DNA of 64,000 nt, taken from Lytechinus pictus (Eukaryota). Both the position numbers and the translations under genes were made by a program. The notes beneath the pieces are model-generated. The model was not told the origin of the DNA. It saw nothing but the letters and a program-made list of their open reading frames with translations, and did not search any database. Shown here in pieces: positions 1 through 11,900 of this stretch. The stretch spans positions 3,660,001 through 3,724,000 of the forward strand of contig NC_087252.1 in NCBI RefSeq assembly GCF_037042905.1. The letters run 5' to 3'. Position 1 is the first letter of the stretch. Each line of letters begins with the position of its first letter.

Positions 1-330
1 ATTATTTACAAATAATGATTATTTGTTTTTCATTATTTATAAATAATGATTATTTGTTTTTCATTATTTATAAATAATGATTATTTGTTTTTCATTATTT
101 ATAAATAATGATTATTTGTTTTTCATTATTTATAAATAATGATTATTTGTTTTTCATTATTTACAAATAATGATTATTTGTTTTTCATTATTTATAAATA
201 ATGATTATTTGTTTTTCATTATTAATAAATAATGATTATTTGTTTTTCATTATTTACAAATAATGATTATTTGTTTTTCATTATTTATAAATAATGATTA
301 TTTGTTTTTCATTATTTATAAATAATTTGT
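1..330 (+). repeat. 31-bp tandem repeat (attatttataaataatgattatttgtttttc), left outer domain of the foldback
   Basis: Directly visible 31-bp periodicity; each unit contains the 16-bp palindrome ATTATTTATAAATAAT. Confidence 0.95.
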
Positions 331-1581
331 TGAGTTTTCCATTATTTATAAATAATGATTATTTGTTAAATAATGAAAACGTCTACTTCATTATTTATAA
401 ATAATTTTTTCGAGTGCACCATTATTCTCATTATTTATAAATAATCATTATTTAATGTTCGAGTTTTCCATTATTTATAAATAAAGATTATTTGTTAAAT
501 AATGAAATATCTACTTCATTATTTATAAATAATAAGTTTGTTTCAATATCCCATTATTTATTAATAATCATTATTTATAAACAATTTTTACAGTTTGCCA
601 TTATATACAAATAATCATTATTTATATACAAATAACCATTATTTATTAAATAATGCCATTATTTATTAAATAATGCCATTATTTATTAAATAATGGAAAA
701 CTCGCTATAACATGCAAATGTGGGACCGCCCATGATATGAATATTCATGATGCGATTTCCTTTTTCGTGATTTTTCTTCACAAATTTTTGTCCATTTCCT
801 CTTCATAATGACATTTCTTGAAGCAATTTTCTAGGGATATGGTCTGATTGTAATATTCTTCATTTCTATGTAACTTCGTCTTCGTAGAAATATCAAAAAG
901 TGTAATTTTATACGATTTTTCCTACAGTTCACAATCCCCATAGGCGCGCGTGTATCGTAGGGACAACCGGTGAATCGACGGAGTGCTCTTCATCGAAATA
1001 CTACGTTGGTTGGTCCCCGGAAGTGGCGGGCGGAATTTAGCCCGAATCCTCGATGGAAGTCGATCAAGTGCATATGAGCTGAGAGAGTGAAATATCAGTG
1101 TACTTGTACAGGCCCTTCTACTTTTTATAAATATTTCTTGTTGCTTTTTTTGTTAAGTTAATTTTTCCTGGTGTAGAGATAAGTTTCAGTTCTAATAATG
1201 CACTTCAAATACATTTTGGAGTGTCTGTTTGAGGCGTTTGGGGCGATTTCACCCTGGCCCCAAAATGCTCGCAACGACAATACGGGGGCATGATGACCTC
1301 TAAATTTTTAAAAACTTATTTTTCTATTGAAAATTATCACAAAATTCACCAAAAGTGTGCACGAAAGCCTTCGTATTTCACTTTTAAAACTCCAAAAAGT
1401 GCCCAAATGACAAGCTTGGTCGCTTCGCTGTGTCGCTTTCAACTTGAGAACGTTTACGCGTCTGCTTCCCCCCCCCCCCCCACCTCCTCCGAAAGAAATT
1501 CTGTATACGGCCATGCTCTAAAGAGCCTGGCACATTGATTTATGTATACTTTCATTTTCATTATTTTTATCTCATTATCAA

Positions 1582-1809
1582 CATGGCCTTACGCAGAATT
1601 TTTTCCAGGGGGGCCGGGGCCGGAGCATGACCGTAGACGCGCGTAAACTTTCTCAAAAAAATCTTGAAAGCGAGACAGCGACGCGACCAAGCTCAAATTA
1701 CAAGCTTGGTCGCTTCGCTTTTTCAAGATTTTTATGAGAAAGTTTACGCGCGTCCTGCTCCCCCCACCCCCCCCCCCCCCCCCCGGAAAAAATTCTGCAT
1801 AAGGCCATG
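1582..1809. mobile_element. Palindromic MITE forming the axis of the foldback
   Basis: TIRs catggccttacgcagaattttttcc / ggaaaaaattctgcataaggccatg with an imperfect internal hairpin. Related half-copies at ~1410-1515 and ~1875-1975. Confidence 0.7.
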
Positions 1810-3077
1810 ATGATAATGAGATAAAAATAATGAAAATGAAGTATACATAAATCAATGTGCCAGGCTCTTTAGAGCATGGCCGTATACAGAATTTCTTTCG
1901 GAGGAGGGGGGGGGGGAAGCAGACGCGTAAACTTTCTCAAGTTGAAAGCGACACAGCGAAGCGACCAAGCTTGTCATTTGGGCACTTTTTGGAGTTTTAA
2001 AAGTGAAATACGAAGGCTTTCGTGCACACTTTTGGTGAATTTTGTGATAATTTTCAATAGAAAATAAGTTTTTAAAAACTTAGGGGTCATCATGCCCCCG
2101 TATTGTCGATGCGAGCATTTTGGGGCCAGGGTGAAATCGCCCCAAACGCCTCAAACAGACACTCCAAAATGTATTTGAAGTGCATTATTAGAACTGAAAC
2201 TTATCTCTACACCAGGAAAAATTAACTTAACAAAAAAAGCAACAAGAAATATTTATAAAAAGTAGAAGGGCCTGTACAAGTACACTGATATTGCACTCTC
2301 TCAGCTCATATGCACTTGATCGACTTCCATCGAGGATTCGGGCTAAATTCCGCCCGCCACTTCCGGGGACCAACCAACGTAGTATTTCGATGAAGAGCAC
2401 TCCGTCGATTCACCGGTTGTCCCTACGATACACGCGCGCCTATGGGGATTGTGAACTGTAGGAAAAATCGTATAAAATTACACTTTTTGATATTTCTACG
2501 AAGACGAAGTTATATAGAAATGAAGAATATTACAATCAGACCATATCCCTAGAAAATTGCTTCAAGAAATGTCATTATGAAGAGGAAATGGACAAAAATT
2601 TGTGAAGAAAAATCACGAAAAAGGAAATCGCATCATGAATATTCATATCATGGGCGGTCCCACATTTGCATGTTATAGCGAGTTTTCCATTATTTAATAA
2701 ATAATGGCATTATTTAATAAATAATGGCATTATTTAATAAATAATGGCATTATTTAATAAATAATGGTTATTTGTATATAAATAATGATTATTTGTATAT
2801 AATGGCAAACTGTAAAAATTGTTTATAAATAATGATTATTTATAAATAATGGGATATTGAAACAAACTTATTATTTATAAATAATGAAGTAGATATTTCA
2901 TTATTTAACAAATAATCTTTATTTATAAATAATGGAAAACTCGAACATTAAATAATGATTATTTATAAATAATGAGAATAATGGTGCACTCGAAAAAATT
3001 ATTTATAAATAATGAAGTAGACGTTTTCATTATTTAACAAATAATCATTATTTATAAATAATGGAAAACTCAACAAA

Positions 3078-3465
3078 TTATTTATAAATAATGAAAAACA
3101 AATAATCATTATTTATAAATAATGAAAAACAAATAATCATTATTTGTAAATAATGAAAAACAAATAATCATTATTCATTAATAATGAAAAACAAATAATC
3201 ATTATTTATAAATAATGAAAAACAAATAATCATTATTTGTAAATAATGAAAAACAAATAATCATTATTTATAAATAATGAAAAACAAATAATCATTATTT
3301 ATAAATAATGAAAAACAAATAATCATTATTTATAAATAATGAAAAACAAATAATCATTATTTGTAAATAATGAAAAACAAATAATCATTATTTATAAATA
3401 ATGAAAAACAAATAATCATTATTTATAAATAATGAAAAACAAATAATCATTATTTATAAATAATG
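3078..3465 (-). repeat. 31-bp tandem repeat, right outer domain of the foldback (inverted copy)
   Basis: Units gaaaaacaaataatcattatttataaataat are the reverse complement of the left array. Confidence 0.95.
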
Positions 3466-3724
3466 GAATGTCGAACTATTATTATTTACAAATAATGAAG
3501 TATTACTTGGAATTATATATAAATAATTAGAAATTATATTTTATATAATAGTAGTTATTTACAAATAAAATGTAAATTATATATAAATAATAGTTATTAT
3601 TTAATAAATAATGATTATATAACAAATAATTGTTCTATATAATATTGGTACATTCGGCGCCTCATACGAATAATAAAAATAATATTAATTGAAATAAACA
3701 TTATAACATTTTTTCAGTTCTTAA

Positions 3725-5662
3725 AGGAGAAATATATTGATTATGAATATGGCCTTATTATACATCAGTGGAAAGTTCATGATGTGGAGATTATCATTTG
3801 GTCATTCAAAAATAACGAAAGTAATACATAAGGTGGAAATCGCCAATTAAAAAGCGCTAAAATGCCTCTCCGAAATACGCCTCCCAGCGGTCTCTGAATT
3901 GACTCGAATTTGATGACGTGTATGAGTGTACGAGAGACGTGATTGGCTCTCCCACGTCAAGCTCCATTGCATTCAAAACCTGTTGCGAGGGTACGTTTTC
4001 TCCACACTGTCACTGAATACTTCGATGACGAAATGAAAGAAAACCCAGAAGTTTATCTAGATTTTGGATTTTCAAATTGATGATTTAGAAGATGAAGAGA
4101 ATGATGATGAAGTTTCAAACTCTAGTGACGTGGATGGAGGTAAATTAGGGGAATTACGCCTATGATGATGAGTCGGACAATTCAACTTGCATGCCGATTC
4201 GCTACCAACTCATGCAGCTGCTAGTGCTAGCTGCACGTACCGCGGGCCAAAATAAATCCATGAAAATGAATTCCAGCCTGACCATCTAGACAGAGTCTCT
4301 TCCCTCATTTACTCTAAAGAAGAAAAATAATGATATAACTGTATTTACAAATAAGTGAATACATCCGAATCTGAAGGCAAATCAACTCAACGAATAGCAG
4401 CAGACGATATGCACCGAAGATAATCTTCACGTGGCTGGGATAAATTGTCACTCGTTCTGTTAGATATAATTTCTATCTCATTATTTTGACAAAATTACGA
4501 GACTCGGGGAATTATTTATCTATATAAAAATATGGTAACACCTCGTACTATTTTTAAATCACGATAAAACCTTTTTTGAAGCAAAAAGTTGAGGTAAATT
4601 AGAATTAGATGTAAAAGATCATCCCCAACATGCGTAGCTCGTATGTAAAGAAACCATCACAAACACACATTGCTTGCTCGCTTTTGGCTGAGCTGAGAGA
4701 GTACGGAGTGTTGCACAGCTCTCAACCACTGATCTCTCCACTAGGGGAGAGATGATCAGTGCTCTCAACCGGCATTTTGGATGGTTTGTTTACAATCACA
4801 TACGAGCTACGCATGTTGGGGATGATCTTTTACATCTAATTGTAATCTACCTCAACTTTTTGCTTCAAAAAAAGTTTTATCGTAATTTAAAAATAGTACG
4901 AAGTGTTACTATATTTTTATATAGATAAATAATTCCCCGATATTCCTAATTTTGTCAAAATAATGAGGTAGAAATTATACCTAACAGAACGAGTGACAAT
5001 TTATCCCAGCCACGTGAAGTTTATCGTCGGTGCATATCGTCTGCTGCTATTCGTTGAGTTGATTTGTCTTCGGATTCGGATATATTCACTTGTTTGTAAG
5101 TACAGTTATATCATTATTTTCCTTCTTTAGAGTAAATGAGGGAAGAGACTCTGTCTGGATGGTCAGGCTGGAATTCATTTTCATGGATTTATTTGGCCCG
5201 CGGTACGTGCAGCTAGCACTAGCAGCTGCATGAGCGAATCGGCATGCAAGTTGAATTGTCCGACTCATCATCATAGGCGTAATTCCCCTAATTTACTTCC
5301 ATCCACGTAACTAGAGCTAGAAACTTCATTAATTTTCTCTTCATCTTCAAAATCATAAATTTGAAAATCCAAAATCTAGATAAACTTCTGGGTTTTCTTT
5401 CATTTCGTGATCGAAGTATTCAGTGACAGTGTGGAGAAAACGTAACCTCGCAACAGGTTTTGCATGCAAGTGGAGCTTGACGTTGGAGAGCCAATCACGT
5501 CTCTCGTGCACTTATACACGTCATCAAAAAAACCCAATTTCGCGGACGTAATTGTGCGTGTTTGAAGCATTCAGAGAGAGAACTTTAAACTATCAATTAA
5601 GTGAGTTTCATCGGTCTCCATGATAAATGATGTACACCATCGTGTTCTTCTTATTTTCCCCT
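3725..5662. mobile_element. Non-autonomous Kolobok-like DNA transposon with ~750-bp internal inverted arms
   Basis: TTAA|aggagaaata ... tattttcccct|TTAA (TTAA at 3721-3724 and 5663-5666). Internal arms ~3909-4658 and ~4780-5528 are reverse complements. Confidence 0.7.
4727..4761. mobile_element. 35-bp TIR remnant with 8-bp target-site duplication
   Basis: ctctcaac|cactgatctctccactaggggagagatgatcagtg|ctctcaac; termini cactgatc/gatcagtg are inverted. Confidence 0.7.
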
Positions 5663-5931
5663 TTAATTTGATATATAATTCTTTATTTTTATGATTTTCA
5701 ATATATTTCTACTTTAAAAAAGAGGTAGAGCGTAGAAGAATAACCAAGTACGAAAATATGCATTTATTTGGTAGACAGTGGCAAAGGAAGAAAGTGAGAA
5801 GTGGGGGAGTTGAGAGTCGAGGGGTCTGGAAAAAATAAATGCAAATTAACGAAACAAAATGGTTTGATTTTGCCAATTAAAGATTTTAGCCACCCCCCCC
5901 CCCCCCCTCGATTCCACTAAGGCACACGCAC

Positions 5932-8900
5932 CTGTCCAAACACTTCCTGATCAGTGAGTGGCGCCCTCTTGCCCAGACTGTTGTTGGTGTGATAATGGAC
6001 ATCGTGATGCTTATCTAAATCAGCATGGATGTCATCCTCGTCTTCCTCTACAGGGGTGCTAGCTTTGTCATCTTTGTTTTCCTTCTGGGCATCAAGTAAC
6101 AGTTGCAGGAAATCTACCCTCTGTGTTTTGAATCGTGAAAAGAAAAGATTCATTCATATATTTCATTTCATCTTTATTTTACAAGCCAATCAAAATAGGC
6201 TGACAAAAATAACACAAATGCAACATAACATTTCAATGATCATGTGCATAAAGACGTAGCAGCTAATCACCGATATGATAAATAGATAAATATCAAAATA
6301 AACTAAACATCACTGTAGAAAACAATACAATTGTATTCTAAAATGCAAAGCTTGTGGGGCACACCTAGAGGTTGAAAGGCCTGCAGGCAGGGCAGCCTGA
6401 AATAAGAAAAGACAGCAATTAAAGAGAAGAACATAGGGATGGAGCTCTAGACTGAAATAAAAAGATAGTCATTAATGATGTTGCATGAATCTTACGTTCA
6501 ATGTACGTCCCTATATCATGAGTAATTTTGCTTTGCAAGAAAGTTAGATGCAGTTGATCGAAAATCAACAACAAATTTTAGTTTGATGAAAGGGAATTGC
6601 GCTATATTTGGAATTGAATGTATATTTCTTGCAACGCCCAAATATTCATTGCCAATATTGTAATTATAGATGTCGTCATCATTTGCCACCAGCATTAATA
6701 GGATTCATCACGTCATCACTATCACCATAATCAACACCAGATTCATCAGTACCTTCATCATCGACATCTCCTTTATCATTCTCCTAGTCGTCATCGTAAC
6801 CATCACAATCATATCATAAGGTACCTCAACTCAGTGTTCGGCCATAATAGCCTGTTTTCCCATCACCATCATCAAACAGCTTCAAAACAGAAAGGCAAGG
6901 GATATACCTTAGAATTTGCATCAGGCGTTGCCTGTCTCCTTATGCTGACAACCTTCTTGTTAATGTCCTTGAAGAAGTCAAGCACATCGACAGGGATCAA
7001 AGTTGCGATCCTAAAACGGGCCATCAGTCTTCCCAGAGGAGGAATAAGACCTTACAACGTAAATAGGAAAAAGAATCATAACATTCTGAAGGTGACGTTG
7101 TAGCTGGAATGCAGGGGATAGCAAAACGTATGGTGATCGATTCTCCAAGTCTTAAACAATTTGGTGTCAGGCGGGAGAGCGATTTATCACCATTGCTATT
7201 CATATAATCAGCTGTTGTTGTTTTTTATATAAACAGTTGCACAATAATAATAATATAAATACAGTATCCGCACCACTGCTGGTCAAAGTGCTAACCTACG
7301 GTATATGTTGTCTTAACGGTTTTCGAACTCTGAATTTTTATAAAACATTTACCTCTTTGGATACATTAACAAGTTAAAATACTTTCACATATATTATTCT
7401 TGTGGGACACATTATACCTCCTATGATAAAGAGTGGGTTCTTGAAGTCAAATGAGAAGGCTCTTTTCGCGTTCTTCACAAATGGGTTATCAGGATCGGAC
7501 TGTGAGTCGATGTCAAGACCAAATGCGCAGCTTCCAACAGTGTCCATGACGAAAGATCCAAAAAGTCTGCAAGAAAATAAGTACATCTCATGAAGAAACC
7601 CAATAATATCATGAGCACCCCCCCCCCCCCAACCATGCCAACCTCCCCGTTCCCATTTGTTTCACGCTCAATTTGTTTATTGTCAATTCACAGGAGTGGA
7701 CATTGGTCATCTTCAGAATTCAAATTTGAAGAACATTTTAGTCTTGGTAGAGAATAAGGCGTTCCTGGAAATGAGTCAATACCTAGCATTAACATGTACG
7801 TTATATGTATCCTAAAGTATTTCAGAATTCTATCGAACCGAAATATACTGAGAATGCCATTTTCTGCAATATTTTCGACGATTTTAGTTGGATTATGAAA
7901 ACTCACTGTTGACATTCGATGCATCCCTTTTCTTTCTGTTGGTTGCCGATGTGTTTAACCAAGAAATCAGCGTTGGCGTTTATGAGACTTGACATCTAGG
8001 AATCAAGAAGAAAAAAGAAACTAAACGAATAAAGGTTTGAATGTCAAATTACAAATTTATGTTCGTATGTGGGTCTCCCTCTACTGAATGCTGAAGACCT
8101 AGCCCAGGGTAGAACTGAATGGAAAAGGATCACCCGTAGGAGAGCAAAGGGACACACCGTCCTATGCACCTAAGTCATGTAAGTCAGTCAAGTAAGTCAG
8201 TGGCACGTGCTTGGTAACGTAGTACACAGTGCAACAGACACTGAGATAGTACAGGGTGTAAAGTAATATAAACAAAGATAGAAAACAAGCACTGCAAAAT
8301 ACCGGTATTAACTTAACACTATCTCGGTATTTATATAGAAAAAACACCAGATAAGTGTTGAAAGGGCACAACATCGGCTTTAGGATAACACCAGATAGGC
8401 ATTTCAACAATACCAATCAGTGATAAACCAATATCGGTTTGACTCTTAACTTGTGTTGTTTCAACACTTCCCTGTTTTTTCCGATATAGATACCAGACTG
8501 GTGTTAAATTAACACCAGCGTTTTAGCGTTGTGGCTTTTCCTCATGATTCCAGTTAATCATAATAATGAAAAACCGCTTTTTTGTTATGTATTCTTCAGT
8601 CGTCGGCCTACAAATTGAACAGAATACCACCTTTGGTTTGATGTAAAGATATTTACGTGATATCATTTCCACAAATAAGAAAACCTATCCTTATCGACCA
8701 CATTCTTATTTCCTCTTCGTCTACATATAACTTTTTAATTGTGTCAACTTAAAAAATTGATTCTTTAACAGTTCATCTCATCATGTCAATTAAGTTTTGC
8801 TACACCAAGTTGATAAGACGTATTTATAATGAGTAAGCCATACTAGGCCGACTGGAAATAAGACGAACTGGTTGGTCAATCCTTTAGTAAACGAGCTGGT

Positions 8901-11900
8901 TAAAAGTAGGATTAAGTCACATGGGTTGAGACCAATGAGAGAGTAGAAGAAGGGTGTTTAGATAATGAGCAATTTACCAAGTCTTAATATCTCACCTGTT
9001 TCATCTTTGCTGCACTGAATGTTGGTGTAAGAATGTTCCTCACTTCCCTCCATCGCTGGCCTTCCAATATAGACACCATACTTCTTAGATCCTCGTAATT
9101 AGCTTGTGGTAGTTCCTAATGGGAAATGATTGAACCCATTAATTAAAATCCTCACTTAAAGTCCATAATTGATTGCGAATCAATAAATCCCCTTTTTTCT
9201 ACAGTATTATGACGACAGAAGGCAACTATCCATGCCCCCACCCCCTGTGTGAAATATACGACTATTCCTTTTCCTGAATTCTGAATAGTCACTTATAATT
9301 TAAGTGATGACAAGCCTCTCTTTTTGCCTAGGATTTCATTGTAGGTTCTACTGATTACCCCTTGTTTATTCCCTCCCTTGTGGTTCATTTATCACTTCAT
9401 CTTTCTTACTTGCGACGCGAGCTTTCTAGGAAATCAATATTATTAAAACAAAACATGAAAAGATTAAATATAATAAGTTTGTTTGGCAATAATAAATCGA
9501 AGCAAAGCTTGTAAAAAAACATTAGGCTAATATACCATTGGCACAAACTTAAGTATACAAGTATGTGAAACGCTACGAAACGGGATAAATGATCGTGACC
9601 AAAAAAAAAGAGAAAAAAGAAACGGGAGGAGAGAATGATAAGCAAAAATAAGAATGTATTTTAAAACTCTCCAGTGATTTTAAGTGTGTATGTTTTAAAA
9701 TAGTTTGGAAACTTACTGGTCTGCTGTGGAAGTTATTAAAGTTCTTCACAGTGATAAATCGCAGCATCTCAGGATCTCCAATGACGATGACAGGGGTGCG
9801 AAAAGAGAACAAACTGAGAGATAACAAGAAATTTAAAAGAAAAAGAATAGTAATAATAATGTTAACAATATAGTGATGTAGAGTGAAAAACGTTGCGTTA
9901 AATCGCAGCATCTCAGGATCTCCAATGACGATAACCGGGGTGCGAAAAGAGAACAAACTTAGAGATAACAAGAAATTTAAAAGAAAAAGAATAGTAATAA
10001 TAATGTTAACAATATAGTGAGGTAGAGTGAAAAACGTTGCGTTGAATGGCGTGTATAAAGGACTACGTCTTTCATGTAAATTTTTGGCTTTAGTTCAACC
10101 TCTTTAGATATAACTTTTACTCTCTTTTTGAGAAGGGGGGGGGTAGAGATCACAGATATGGCATATACAGGCCCTATAGGCCAAACATTCATCTTGGAAA
10201 AAAAATAATCATAGTACTTACCCATACACTCGTCCATGCCTTTTCTCCATGTTTATGAAAGCCTGAACAGCGCCCTGTTTACGGGGAAAATAGATGTGTT
10301 ATGGGGGTTAAAATATACACATTCAATATGTGTACTCCGTTATATATTTTTCATTGATGGCCGAGTGCAGCTGATGCTATTCTGGCATGATGATGCACCA
10401 GATGGCCATACGGAACTAGAATGTAGTCAAGTTTTACTATTAGTTGCTAATTGGAACACAGTGTGTTCCCAGTGTGTCGGCAGTGTGTTCAATGTGTGTT
10501 TGCAGTGCGTTTGCAGTGTGCTCACAGCGTGGTTCCAGCGTGTTCACGGTGTGTTTTCAGTGTGTTTATATTGTGTTCACAGTGCGTTCCCAGTGTGTTC
10601 ACTGTGTGTTCTCAGTGTGTTCAATGTGTGTTCCCCAGTGTGTTCAATGTGTGTTTGCCCTATGTTCGTAGTGTGTTCCCAGTGTGTTCACAGTGTGGAA
10701 CAATGTGAAAAGCAATATGAATTCATCTTTGCAATGTAAAAATACTCAAATTAAACACTTTGAATTTATTCGTTTACATATACCATCAACTCTTACACAT
10801 AGGCCTATTATCATAAATATGATATAATAACATGGCCTATATACTCACGTCAGCAAATACTTTTGCATTTGCCATGATGGGAGAGGGTGGCTCGTATGGG
10901 ATTCCTCTACGCTTCCAGTAAGTGTGTGCCCAGTAGTCATAGCTGAATATAAAAAAAATAGCGTTGAAATACATTATTTTCCTATTATTCCTTTCTTAGG
11001 GGAAACCCCGCCTTTTTCATCTATTCTAGTCATTGCGTAGTGTGGATATGATTGCATCGGCCAAAACTTCTGATATTAATATCATTTTTATCATTATTAT
11101 TAGTATCATTATCATCATCATTAGTAGTAGTAGTACTACTAATTTTGTGCAAAAAGCTACCAAGGGCTTTGCCCCAGACCCCACGCAGTAGGGTCTCTTC
11201 ATCTACAGGCCTAACATTCAAATGGCTCTATATAATGCCCCTCTGTAGGGACCCTTCCTACATTAAGCTTTTCGTTCAATCACTGGCGTACATGCGTGGG
11301 GGTCTTGGTTCCACACCCAAGGGGAAATAAAAGAAATTATAGGAGACAATGTAATGAAACGAATGGAAACAATGAAATGTGTTATTTGCTGAATATAATG
11401 GAAAAATCTATCACATAATTAGAATTTAATTTCAATTGACAATTAATTTTTCTTCCAGCTCGCTTTGCTCGCTGGCAACTTTTTACAAATTTTCCCATAT
11501 CGCTATGTTTTGCCCCCTCAGAATATTTGGTTCATTACGCAACTGGGTTGAATAAATATGTTGTGTAAAAGCTATATCCTGTATATACCCGCTATTAGAT
11601 TAAAAATAGCGGCAATCTGTGAGGTTTAAATGGCTTTGATATCAAGAAGTTCCGGGGGCTCCGCCCAGGACCCCAACCGCAAAGCACTACCGTATATGAG
11701 TATGGAAGGGTTGGGCCATGGCCCCAAAAAGTTCTGCAAACAAGAAAAAAAAGAGGAAAGAAAAGCAAAGGAAAAGTGTAGGACTATAATTTTATTCACT
11801 GAATATAATGTCAAAAAATATCTCAAAGTTAGATTCTCATGAAAATATGATTTTTTTTCTCGCTCGCTTCGCTCGCTCGGGATTTATATTCAGTAGCTTC

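Larger units (their letters stand above)
1..3667. mobile_element. Foldback (FB/TU-like) element: long near-perfect inverted repeat, left end beyond the window
   Basis: 1..~1581 is the reverse complement of ~1810..~3465 with only scattered differences; axis ~1695. The outer domain is made of 31-bp and 20-bp tandem repeats and the inner domain is unique sequence. The AT-rich repeats decay to a probable right terminus ...cattcggcgcctcatac near 3667 (terminus position uncertain). Confidence 0.85.

Noticed and set aside
1..330. Regular 31-bp repeats as a CRISPR array
   Set aside because: Units are head-to-tail with no unique spacers, there are no cas genes, and the context is eukaryotic.
1076..1089. 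14-mer tgagctgagagagt shared between the two palindromic elements (also ~4689-4702)
   Set aside because: Similarity does not extend; too short to claim common origin.
1290..2067. Short mirrored ORFs in the foldback (1308-1514, 1876-2067, etc.)
   Set aside because: They are by-products of the palindrome and G/C runs; no recognisable domain.
1..3465. Palindrome as a pure assembly artefact
   Set aside because: The arms differ by several substitutions and repeat copy number, and the centre is a diverged MITE. Considered unlikely, though only long reads can exclude it.
10236..10739. Cys/Val-rich ORFs resembling metallothionein or keratin-associated proteins
   Set aside because: Translations of a cagtgtgtt minisatellite inside a CYP intron, open in all three frames.
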